Positions 28,233 to 36,910 are shown, numbered from the stretch's first letter. The stretch: DNA of 64,000 nt from an uncultured Anaerolinea sp. (GCA_964555335.1 CAZKSG010000001.1:7336-71335); one strand, 5' to 3'. The notes: generated by a model not told the origin, from the letters alone. Translations and numbers: made by a program.

Positions 28233-30887
28233 ATGAAGGCAAAGCGCCGAAGTTTTCTGGCAAGTGCAGGATTTGCCGCCGCAATCATCGCTGCATTGAT
28301 GATCGCGGCCTCTGCCCTCGCGAGCGGTGGGTCCATGTATAGCCCGGGCGCTTTGAATGCACAGCCCGGCAATTTGCTGGGTGGCGTCTCTTCGCATGCT
28401 GATATTGCAGGAAACTGCAAAGCCTGTCATGCCGCCCCGTGGGAAGCAGACACCATGGATGACCGTTGTTCGACGTGCCACGTGAATGTTGCAGCGCAAA
28501 TGCTCGTCCCTGCATCGGTCCATGGCCGGATGATGCAGATCGATCCGCAGGCAAAGTGTCGGACCTGTCACCCGGAGCATAAAGGACCGAATGCGCTTCT
28601 TACGGTTCTGGAAGGGTGGCGATTCCCTCACGATGTGGCGCGTTTCAAATTAAACAGTCACCAACGAACGGCTGAGAAGGAACCGTTCCTGTGCGCTGAT
28701 TGTCATGGAGAGGATGTCACCCAGTTCGATGAACTGACCTGTCGTAAATGTCACATCCTCAAAGATATGGCGTTCATGGTAGAGCATCAGGTAATGTTTG
28801 GGGAGAACTGTCTCGAATGTCATGATGGAGTGGAACGCTTCGGGCACGATTTCGATCACAACCAATTCGCTTTCCAATTAACAGGCAAACATGCTGACGT
28901 GAAATGTTCCCAGTGCCATGTTATGGCAAGGACACTTTCTGCTTTGCAGTTGGCCAAACAGGATTGTCTCTCCTGCCATGCAAACGATGATCCACATCAT
29001 GGAAGTCTGGGACCCGATTGTGCTGCATGCCATACCCCCGATGGATGGAGTCCATCAACCTTTGACCACAATCGTTCCATTTTTAAATTGAACGGTGCCC
29101 ACGTACAAGTGGCCTGCGAGAAGTGCCATATGAATGCTATGTTTAAAGGCACGCCCCTGGATTGTTTCTCGTGTCATCAACAAAACGATGCACACATGGG
29201 CCAGTTGGGCAGAACTTGCGAGAAATGCCATGCTACTGCCGCGTGGCTTCCGGCCCAGTTCGATCACAACACGACGGGTTTCGTGCTGACAGGTTCGCAT
29301 GTTAATGTAGCATGCAAGTCCTGTCATATCAACGGTATATACAAAAATACGCCCAGGGATTGTTTCTCCTGTCACGCTGCAAGAGACGTTCACAATGGAC
29401 AATATGGGAAAAATTGTGGAGTATGTCATCAGACTACACAGTGGCTGCGCGGAAAGTTCGATCACAACTTCACTGCATTTCCACTTGTTGGCAAACATGT
29501 AAGTGTAAGTTGCATGACCTGTCACCGGAACGACATTTTTAAAGGCACTCCCAAGAATTGTTTTTCCTGCCACGCGAAGGACGATCACCATAACGGACAA
29601 TTTGGGAGGAATTGTGCGATCTGCCATGCGCCCAATGACTGGAAGAATATCATCTTCGATCACAATACCAGCGCCTTCCCGCTGACGGGCAAACATGCCC
29701 AGTTGAATTGCACACAGTGTCATACATCGGCACAATTCAAAATCCCAACGGAATGTTCATCCTGTCACACTGAACCGGCCTTCCATGTAGGTGCATTTGG
29801 GACGAATTGCGCGCAGTGTCATACCACCTCTTCCTGGCCAGGTGCAACGTTCCTCAGACCCCATCCTGTAGCGCTCGGTCAAAACTTTTTGGATCATCAT
29901 GGAGCCACCTGCAAGACCTGTCATACGATCACAGTGCATGATTTTACATGTCTGGCTTGTCATGAAACCAATCCGCTTCCACCAGGGGGCGGTGCTGAAC
30001 CGACAAGTACACCAGTTTCAACACAGACTCCAATTGCAGCTGAACCCGCTGTGTTGACATCCATTACACCTTCCACGATCCACGTAGGCGATACAAGCCA
30101 GTTGACCATAAGCTTGAATAACGTACCTGCCCAGGGCTATGCAGGCACTGAATTTACCTGCACGTACGATCCCACCCTTGTGGATGTCAGTGACATCAGC
30201 ATTGGAAATCTCTTTGGTCCAGACACGGTTTCGGGACTATTCGGTCCCGAAAATGGGAGTTTTATTCTCGCTCTCGCAGGAAGCAATGGCAGAAAAGCCT
30301 CAGGCAGTGGCACTGCATTCACATTCGATGCGAAGGGATTAAGGGCCGGGCAGACCAACATCGAATGTAAAGCCCGCGTATCGGAAGGACAGAACGCCCT
30401 TCAAAGTATAGGCTCCCTGCCGTCAACCATGACCATTGATGATGTATCTCCTACATCCACAGCCACGTCAGCCTCCGTTTCCATCACTGGGCAGGTCCTT
30501 GCCAGCAAACCGGCGACGATTCAGTTGTACAGCCCGGATAACTCCATTGTCGCAACGAGTACGACCAACCCAGATGGAACTTTTCTCATCGCCGCCCCAA
30601 TTGGGACGTATACGATCACAGCTTCAGTAGAAGGATTCCTTGGCGCGCAAGGTTCCGTTACGGCCGCCAGTGGCGGCACGATCTCGATGCCGGTTGTCAG
30701 TTTGATCGCCGGTGACATTGATGGCAATGGGGTCATCGATCAAATGGACGGACTCACCATTCGCATGAACTACAACAATACAACTCCCACTGCGGCAGAT
30801 CTGAACAACGATGGCGTAATCAATGTTCTCGATCTGGGAATTCTTGCGGAGAATTATGGCAGATCAGGCGCGCTGCTTTGGCCATAA
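28233..30887 (+). CDS. Multiheme c-type cytochrome (23 CxxCH) fused to cohesin-like, CarboxypepD_reg-like and dockerin modules
   Basis: I counted 23 CxxCH motifs in the translation. N-terminal signal/anchor KRRSFLASAGFAAAIIAALMIAASALA. Five tandem 66-aa triheme units. C-terminal VPAQGYAGTEFTCTYDPTLVDVSDISIGNLFG (cohesin-like). GDIDGNGVIDQMD...DLNNDGVINVLD (duplicated dockerin Ca-binding loops). Confidence 0.85.
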   Translation: MKAKRRSFLASAGFAAAIIAALMIAASALASGGSMYSPGALNAQPGNLLGGVSSHADIAGNCKACHAAPWEADTMDDRCSTCHVNVAAQMLVPASVHGRMMQIDPQAKCRTCHPEHKGPNALLTVLEGWRFPHDVARFKLNSHQRTAEKEPFLCADCHGEDVTQFDELTCRKCHILKDMAFMVEHQVMFGENCLECHDGVERFGHDFDHNQFAFQLTGKHADVKCSQCHVMARTLSALQLAKQDCLSCHANDDPHHGSLGPDCAACHTPDGWSPSTFDHNRSIFKLNGAHVQVACEKCHMNAMFKGTPLDCFSCHQQNDAHMGQLGRTCEKCHATAAWLPAQFDHNTTGFVLTGSHVNVACKSCHINGIYKNTPRDCFSCHAARDVHNGQYGKNCGVCHQTTQWLRGKFDHNFTAFPLVGKHVSVSCMTCHRNDIFKGTPKNCFSCHAKDDHHNGQFGRNCAICHAPNDWKNIIFDHNTSAFPLTGKHAQLNCTQCHTSAQFKIPTECSSCHTEPAFHVGAFGTNCAQCHTTSSWPGATFLRPHPVALGQNFLDHHGATCKTCHTITVHDFTCLACHETNPLPPGGGAEPTSTPVSTQTPIAAEPAVLTSITPSTIHVGDTSQLTISLNNVPAQGYAGTEFTCTYDPTLVDVSDISIGNLFGPDTVSGLFGPENGSFILALAGSNGRKASGSGTAFTFDAKGLRAGQTNIECKARVSEGQNALQSIGSLPSTMTIDDVSPTSTATSASVSITGQVLASKPATIQLYSPDNSIVATSTTNPDGTFLIAAPIGTYTITASVEGFLGAQGSVTAASGGTISMPVVSLIAGDIDGNGVIDQMDGLTIRMNYNNTTPTAADLNNDGVINVLDLGILAENYGRSGALLWP
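28851..29852 (+). repeat. Tandem array of triheme modules (210 nt, then 4 x 198 nt period)
   Basis: The in-frame FDHN anchors at 28851, 29061, 29259, 29457 and 29655 are each followed by G.H....C..CH ... FKGTP.(D/N)CFSCH ... D.H.GQ.G..C..CH. Confidence 0.85.
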
Positions 30888-31011
30888 TCACTGTCGAAAA
30901 GGAGGTACCAATAAAAAGATGTGTAACAGTAAAGCTAATGATTAGGTTTGAGAAACCCACCAGGTGAGAAGTATGGACTTTAGAAAAATGTGTCAGCCGA
31001 AGGAGAATAGA

Positions 31012-32316
31012 ATGAAGAAGAAGAAAAGACAATACAGAGAACTGAATCGAATTATGATGATCGTTTCTGGAGCGATTATCCTGCTCGCAGTCATGATCGC
31101 TTCATCCAGTCCGCAATCAGGCAGCGCGGCGCCAGGCGATTTGAGCAGCGCGATGGCCAAATATCCGAGCCTCTCCACCAGCAGCCTGAATACTTGCGAT
31201 CTCTGCCATACTGCCAGTATTCCCAGTTTGAACCCCTATGGTGCGGCGTATAAATCCAATGGTAGAAATACTGCCGCCTTTGGAGCGATCGAGAATATTG
31301 ATTCAGATGGTGACGGGTTTACCAACATCCAGGAGATCAATGCACTCACCTTCCCTGGAAATTCCGCGAGTAAACCGGCCGCTGCTCCAACTGCGACGAA
31401 CACACCGGCCCCCACAAATACCAGTGTTCCGAATCCAACAAACACGCCGATCTCAACGGTGGTGGCGCCATCTGCGACACCCACCGCTCCATCCAGTTTG
31501 GCGTCTGTAACGACGGGACTGAATCCATCGAGTGTTACGGTGGGCGGTTCTTCTACAGCTTCGGTCAGCCTGAGCAACGTCCCGGCCGGAGGGTATGCCA
31601 GCGTTGAGTTTACCTGTACCTATAACCCAACGATCGTGGAAGTATCCAACATTGTTGAAACTGGCCTTTTCGGAACCGACCCGGCCATGGTAATCAATGG
31701 TCCTCAAAACGGGAGTTTCATTGTCGCCATCGCAGGTAGTAAAGGAAATAGAGCATTGACAAGTGGTGCAGCCTTTTCGTTTTCCGCAAAAGGGTTGCAG
31801 ACGGGACAATCCACCATTGACTGTCAGGCCCGCGTCTCTACCGGGAACCTTGTTCTCGTCAGCATTCCTTCCACGCCAGCCAACCTTGTCGTTGGGTCCA
31901 CACAAGGTACGTTCTCTGGGCAGGTCCTGGCGGGTAAGCCAGTAACAGTCACGTTGTATGATGCTGGCAATGCAGTTGCAGGCTCTATTGTTGCAAATAC
32001 AGATGGAACCTTCAGCCTCTTGAGCAATGCCGGAGCATACACGGCGGTCGCTTCAGCGCCTGGCTACCTCAAAGCCCAGGGTTCCATCAGCATCACAAGC
32101 GGCAATACAACGACCCTGCAAACCATCAGCCTGATCGCAGGTGACATCGATGGGAATGGTGTGATCGATCAGTTTGACGCCCTGACGATCGGTATTAACT
32201 ACAATGGAACAGTGCCGAGTGAGGCAGATCTGAGCAACGATGGCACCATCAACGTGCTGGATCTGGAAATTCTGGCTCTCAACTATCGCAAATCTGGTCC
32301 GTTGGTTTGGAACTAA
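31012..32316 (+). CDS. Secreted/anchored CxxCH protein with EF-hand-like loop plus cohesin-like, CarboxypepD_reg-like and dockerin modules
   Basis: The ATG at 31012 follows AAGGAG. N-terminal anchor, a single CDLCH, DSDGDGFTNIQE, a PT linker, GYASVEFTCTYNPTIVEVSNIVETGLFG (cohesin-like), and GDIDGNGVIDQFD...DLSNDGTINVLD (dockerin). Confidence 0.8.
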   Translation: MKKKKRQYRELNRIMMIVSGAIILLAVMIASSSPQSGSAAPGDLSSAMAKYPSLSTSSLNTCDLCHTASIPSLNPYGAAYKSNGRNTAAFGAIENIDSDGDGFTNIQEINALTFPGNSASKPAAAPTATNTPAPTNTSVPNPTNTPISTVVAPSATPTAPSSLASVTTGLNPSSVTVGGSSTASVSLSNVPAGGYASVEFTCTYNPTIVEVSNIVETGLFGTDPAMVINGPQNGSFIVAIAGSKGNRALTSGAAFSFSAKGLQTGQSTIDCQARVSTGNLVLVSIPSTPANLVVGSTQGTFSGQVLAGKPVTVTLYDAGNAVAGSIVANTDGTFSLLSNAGAYTAVASAPGYLKAQGSISITSGNTTTLQTISLIAGDIDGNGVIDQFDALTIGINYNGTVPSEADLSNDGTINVLDLEILALNYRKSGPLVWN

Positions 32317-32370
32317 AACATACTTGCAGTACGGGCGCATTTTTCAATGCGCCCGTACACTGGAGTTGCC

Positions 32371-33024
32371 ATGAAAAAGATTTCCGCCCTTATTTTTGTC
32401 CTCATTATTTCTCTCATATCTGTTTTTGCTGTGAATGCCCAGTCTGCCGAGACGATCTGGATCCAGCCGGTTACCACTACTTACAAAACCATGGAAACAG
32501 TTACGGTTACTCTTAACGGCAATGCAACTACACCCATTCAGGGGTTCACGGCTCAGATCCGATATGACCCTGCATGTCTGACACCCATTAATGGAACGAG
32601 CCCCATCCCTGGCATGAATGGACTGGCTGTCCCTCAAACATCGGGTCTGGCGGATGTGTCATTTGCAAGTACCACACCTCAAATGGCAAATGGTGTGTTA
32701 GCCGAGGTGCGCTTTACGGCTCTTAAGGGTTGTCAGACGAATCTCGCCATTGAGACAGCGGCCCTTGTCGTTCGTAATGAATCGGGATTTGCCGTCCCGA
32801 TCCCCGGGGTGACCATCGATCAGAATGCTGTTGTGTTGAATATCGACAATGCAGTGGGAAACGCTCAACCGGAAGCAACGGGAGAATCTGTGTTGCCCCT
32901 TAGACCAGCTGGTATTCCCGAGCGAAAGCCTTTCGATTGGATAGTATATGTTTCATTGGCTCTGGCCGGCGTTCTTATCGTATCGATCGTGGGTCTATTT
33001 AAATTTATGAGCCCATCGAGTTGA
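32371..33024 (+). CDS. Signal peptide - single cohesin-like domain - C-terminal TM anchor protein
   Basis: MKKISALIFVLIISLISVFAVNAQS signal, then IQGFTAQIRYDPACLTP...ANGVLAEVRFTALKGC (cohesin-like), then the C-terminal helix WIVYVSLALAGVLIVSIVGLF. No dockerin. Confidence 0.75.
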   Translation: MKKISALIFVLIISLISVFAVNAQSAETIWIQPVTTTYKTMETVTVTLNGNATTPIQGFTAQIRYDPACLTPINGTSPIPGMNGLAVPQTSGLADVSFASTTPQMANGVLAEVRFTALKGCQTNLAIETAALVVRNESGFAVPIPGVTIDQNAVVLNIDNAVGNAQPEATGESVLPLRPAGIPERKPFDWIVYVSLALAGVLIVSIVGLFKFMSPSS

Positions 33025-33046
33025 CATTCAACGATTGAGTGTGATT

Positions 33047-33078
33047 GAGTCAGGTGATTGCCATGGCAATCACCTGAC
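33047..33078. terminator. Perfect 32-nt palindrome terminator
   Basis: agtcaggtgattgcca / tggcaatcacctgact followed by TTTATTT. It lies between convergent genes. Confidence 0.75.
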
Positions 33079-33145
33079 TTTATTTAATGGGTTACAGGTG
33101 TTCGTTATTTTGGTGATTCAAAATCCCCTGCAATTAAGCAGCCTG

Positions 33146-34699
33146 CTATCTTTTCCGTGGAGGACGTGGATCTGCCTGTAATTTCGGCGTTGCCTGGATG
33201 CGAACATTCGACGCATCGGGTCGATGCGGGAAGAATTTTTCTTCAAACCATGCAATGACTCGTGCTACGAGTACTGCGGGGACCATCAGGATGCGGGCCA
33301 GAACTAGCAATGCCCGCGGCCATTCTGGTGGAATTTGAACGACTGGAAGTGAGCCAGCCTCCCCGTGGTCGTGGAGGATCTGAGCAGATGCCTCCAGTGC
33401 GGCGGAGACAGCTCCTTCCATACATGCCAGATCGATGGCGTTTTTTACATAATCCCCTGCGAGATACAGGTTTTTGATCTTCGTTTTCGGCCGCGGCCGG
33501 TTGGACCAGGCTCCGATTGTGTTGATGAACAAGGGCACGTCTGTGTTTGGATTCAATTCCCAGCTTTCGACATCAGCCGGCGTGATGGGAAGATACTCTC
33601 CGATCTCTTTCAACAGCAGGTCCTTCGCTCCTTCCTTGCTTACCTGATTCAACGGGCTGTAATTACTCGATATGAAGGAAAGTTCAGGTTTGCCATCTGA
33701 ACTCTTCCAGTGAGGGGTAATGTCGATGAACGAAAGTGCATAGTAACTTCCATGAAGAAATACGTGCTCACGAGGCAGGTTCGGTATTTCTTTCTTCAGG
33801 CGCAGGTGTAAAGCGGCCATTGGTTGGGCCTCGAGAAAATGCAAGTTCCCGAGTTCGGTATCTGCTTCATAAAAGCTGTCGTGCAGCCATCTGCGAGTCA
33901 CTTCAAAGGGTGTACAAAGGGCGTACACGTCGGCAGAAAGCCCGGTCCCATCGCGTAGAGTGACGGCGGTGACAACGCCCTTGTGCATCACTACGTTAAT
34001 TACTTCGCAGTCATAGCGGATCTCAACCCCCAATTCTTCCAGCTCACGCACTTGCGGATCGATGAAAACAGTTTGCAGATCTCCCGGCAGAATGGACAAG
34101 AACGGGCTGGCTTGCTTCACCCAGTAGCTTGCGATGCGTTTGGCGGTCATTGCACTCAGGTCATACACTGGGATGGCGGATGCTTTGAGAACGTTCTCCT
34201 GCCCCATCTCTGCTACTGACTCGCTCGTATACCACTTCCCTCGTATCAGTCCGATCTGGCTGACCCGATCCAGGAACCGCTTCTCGGAGAGCGGCCGGCT
34301 GATCATATCCAGCACGGAATAGATATAAAGAAGGTTGTGATACCACGGCAGGAGACCATTAAAGATGTAGCGCCACATGGCGGAGAGTCCCGAGGGACCG
34401 ATTACCGTGACTCGTTTTGGATACTCACCCGGAAGGAGGAAGTGATAACGGTCGAAATCAATGAGTTGGACGTCAATACGCTCAAGGATGGACCGAACAT
34501 TTGGGTACCACTTCGGGAAGACGTGATAACCGTGTTCCACAAGACGCCCATTCTTGAGATCGGAACCAGCCTTACCTCCCAGGCGGTTGGACCGTTCAAG
34601 AAGAATCACCTTCCAACCGCGAAGTGCCAACTCGCGGGAAACGACCATACCAGACAAGCCTCCACCAACTACGATTACAGAAGGAGTCGTCATATCCAA
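33146..34699 (-). CDS. FAD-dependent oxidoreductase, phytoene/zeta-carotene desaturase or HpnE-like (amine oxidase fold)
   Basis: VIVVGGGLSGM...ILLE....GGKA dinucleotide motif, EHGYHVFPKWYPN, and the C-terminal LAGDY block. Confidence 0.7.
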   Translation of the reverse strand: MDMTTPSVIVVGGGLSGMVVSRELALRGWKVILLERSNRLGGKAGSDLKNGRLVEHGYHVFPKWYPNVRSILERIDVQLIDFDRYHFLLPGEYPKRVTVIGPSGLSAMWRYIFNGLLPWYHNLLYIYSVLDMISRPLSEKRFLDRVSQIGLIRGKWYTSESVAEMGQENVLKASAIPVYDLSAMTAKRIASYWVKQASPFLSILPGDLQTVFIDPQVRELEELGVEIRYDCEVINVVMHKGVVTAVTLRDGTGLSADVYALCTPFEVTRRWLHDSFYEADTELGNLHFLEAQPMAALHLRLKKEIPNLPREHVFLHGSYYALSFIDITPHWKSSDGKPELSFISSNYSPLNQVSKEGAKDLLLKEIGEYLPITPADVESWELNPNTDVPLFINTIGAWSNRPRPKTKIKNLYLAGDYVKNAIDLACMEGAVSAALEASAQILHDHGEAGSLPVVQIPPEWPRALLVLARILMVPAVLVARVIAWFEEKFFPHRPDASNVRIQATPKLQADPRPPRKR

Positions 34700-35319
34700 A
34701 TACCTTTATACTTCAAATATTACTGTTTTTGTCGGTAATTATAGGATTCTCTCTGTTTGAGTCAAGCGATAAAGCTCACCGCAACAACTATTTTGTTGGA
34801 TATTGCATCCGAACTTGAATACTAATTGCCGGTAGGCAGTAACTTTTACCTTATCGATTCGTCATACTATATACAAAATTGCATAATAGGATACAATTTG
34901 TAGGTGTTGAAGAGTCCAATGAAACTGTTTGTTGTTGAAAACGATCAAATTACAACACAGTTCCCAGAAATGACTCTCTCCCGGAAGGGTATGAGAGGTC
35001 ATTTCTCTTAATTTAACTAAGGGATGGCTACCTTTTGCGATACGACCCTGATGATCGAGACATCTCTTGTATCTTATGCTTCTGGATACTATACTGATAT
35101 GTGTATAAAATATATGGGCGAGACCTAATCATACATGGGTAACATCTCTTGTTGGTTGGCGTCTTTGTAGTATCAGGATACTAGCGGCCCTCAAACATAA
35201 CGAATGGATGGCAGTATTGCATTAGCGTCTCAACAATCCAGACCCCCAATATGGCTGGCTGACACGTAAACGTTTTCGATGTTAACCGGGGATTTGATCC
35301 ATATTAAACAAGGGATATC

Positions 35320-36180
35320 ATGACTAATCTGAAACGTTCGTTTTTCTGGGCTGCATCGTACATCGGGGTTATCTTTATTCTTGGGCAGGCTGATTATATG
35401 GGCCGGCCGATCATCAATTTTGCATCCTACTTTTATCTGGCGGTGATCGTCGCGACGCCGCTGACTCTTTTCTTTCCATACGTCTCAAGAGTTTCGGTGT
35501 ATGTTCCAATGTCGGTTTGGGCGGGCGTTTACATGATTTTGCTCCAAATACTGGATAGGAGACGTTCAACAGAAAATATAGAGTTTTCCGTCATCGTATT
35601 GGAATTTGTCTTGTTGGAGATCGGAGTGTGGCTTGCCTATCAATTAGCCATGCAGATCAGTCACGCCGAATCTCTTATGGATGCTCTGGCTTTGAGTGCA
35701 TTCCCAAACCGGACCCATACCATAGAGGCGGAGGAACAGCGGATCAAAGTTGAGATTACTCGCAGCCGTCGGTACCATCGTCCATTGAGTTTGGTGATCA
35801 TGGAATCAGAGACCGAAGGTGAAAAAAGCACCAGGGCAATGCTGAAAAGTATCCAACATGACCTCTCAAGCCGCTTCGCATCTGCCCGGGTCGGACAGAT
35901 CATCGATGATCGTATCCGCCAGACTGATTTGCTGCTGAGAGATCATAGGGGAAGGTTCATCATCGTTTGCCCTGAAACCGACCTTTCGAATGCGACATTA
36001 CTCGCCAAAAGGATTTCACAGTCAGTAAAGGAAAAAATCGATCTTGATGTGTATTGGGGAGTGGCGGCATTCCCGGAAGATGCACTTACATTTGAAGATC
36101 TGTTGCACATGGCTCGCGAGCGTTTAATTCGTTTTACTCCGCTGCCTGACGAGAGCGTTACCGCATATCATCCCAACTAA
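35320..36180 (+). CDS. Membrane protein with degenerate GGDEF domain (I-site retained)
   Basis: About 4 N-terminal TM segments. In the C-terminal domain the canonical RxxD-xxx-R-x-GGDEF reads RQTD-LLL-R-D-HRGRF. Confidence 0.7.
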   Translation: MTNLKRSFFWAASYIGVIFILGQADYMGRPIINFASYFYLAVIVATPLTLFFPYVSRVSVYVPMSVWAGVYMILLQILDRRRSTENIEFSVIVLEFVLLEIGVWLAYQLAMQISHAESLMDALALSAFPNRTHTIEAEEQRIKVEITRSRRYHRPLSLVIMESETEGEKSTRAMLKSIQHDLSSRFASARVGQIIDDRIRQTDLLLRDHRGRFIIVCPETDLSNATLLAKRISQSVKEKIDLDVYWGVAAFPEDALTFEDLLHMARERLIRFTPLPDESVTAYHPN

Positions 36181-36191
36181 AAAGGTACAGC

Positions 36192-36872
36192 ATGAGTACA
36201 TTGCATGTGGCATCTTATACTGAAGACGATTGGATCAGGAAATTCGATCCCCGAAAACGCATTTTGACCGGAAAGGCATACCTGCTGGTAAAACGACTAT
36301 TTGACTTGTCTCTTGTGTTGTTTACGCTTCCCCTTTGGTTGCCTCTTAATGGGGTGATTGCCCTGGTAGTCCGCCTTACATCTCCTGGTGCTCCCGTCAT
36401 ATTCAAGCAACTCCGTACCGGAAAAAGCGGGCGCCGTTTTCATATGTATAAATTTCGTACGATGGTGCCAAATGCTGAAGAGTTGAAACAAAAATATGCG
36501 CACTTGAATGAACTTCAGTGGCCGGATTTTAAAATCACCAATGACCCGCGGATAACACCCATAGGACGATTTTTACGCAAGACCAGTCTGGATGAAATCC
36601 CGCAGTTGTTTAATGTGCTGCGCGGTGAGATGAGCCTTGTAGGACCTCGTCCCACGTCATTTGGTCCCGAAACATATAAGCTTTGGCATACGCATCGACT
36701 TGATGTAATGCCCGGGCTGACCGGATTATGGCAAATTGTAGGCCGAGCCCAATTGGAACTGGATGACCGTCTTCGACTGGACATTGCCTATATCGAACGT
36801 GCGAGTCTGTGGCTGGATATCAACATACTATTCCGAACCGTTATGGCCGTCTTTGAACAACGTGGTGTTTGA
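36192..36872 (+). CDS. Polyprenyl-phosphate sugar-1-phosphate transferase (bacterial sugar transferase, initiating PGT)
   Basis: KR.FD, single reentrant helix, F.M.KFRTM, DE.PQL.NVL.G.MS.VGPRP and PG.TGLWQ. Confidence 0.9.
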   Translation: MSTLHVASYTEDDWIRKFDPRKRILTGKAYLLVKRLFDLSLVLFTLPLWLPLNGVIALVVRLTSPGAPVIFKQLRTGKSGRRFHMYKFRTMVPNAEELKQKYAHLNELQWPDFKITNDPRITPIGRFLRKTSLDEIPQLFNVLRGEMSLVGPRPTSFGPETYKLWHTHRLDVMPGLTGLWQIVGRAQLELDDRLRLDIAYIERASLWLDINILFRTVMAVFEQRGV

Positions 36873-36910
36873 AACAGATTGCACTACATAAATCAAACCA
36901 AGGAAATACC

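Noticed and set aside
29055-29735. A 226-aa minus-strand ORF inside the multiheme cytochrome gene.
   Set aside because: It is antisense to the repeat array. Its periodic sequence simply mirrors the triheme repeats on the coding strand.
30918-30944. An 8-codon mini-ORF (MCNSKAND) after an AGGAGG between the two dockerin-protein genes.
   Set aside because: The spacing to the Shine-Dalgarno sequence is long (about 13 nt). The peptide is tiny and nothing supports conservation. It cannot be distinguished from chance.
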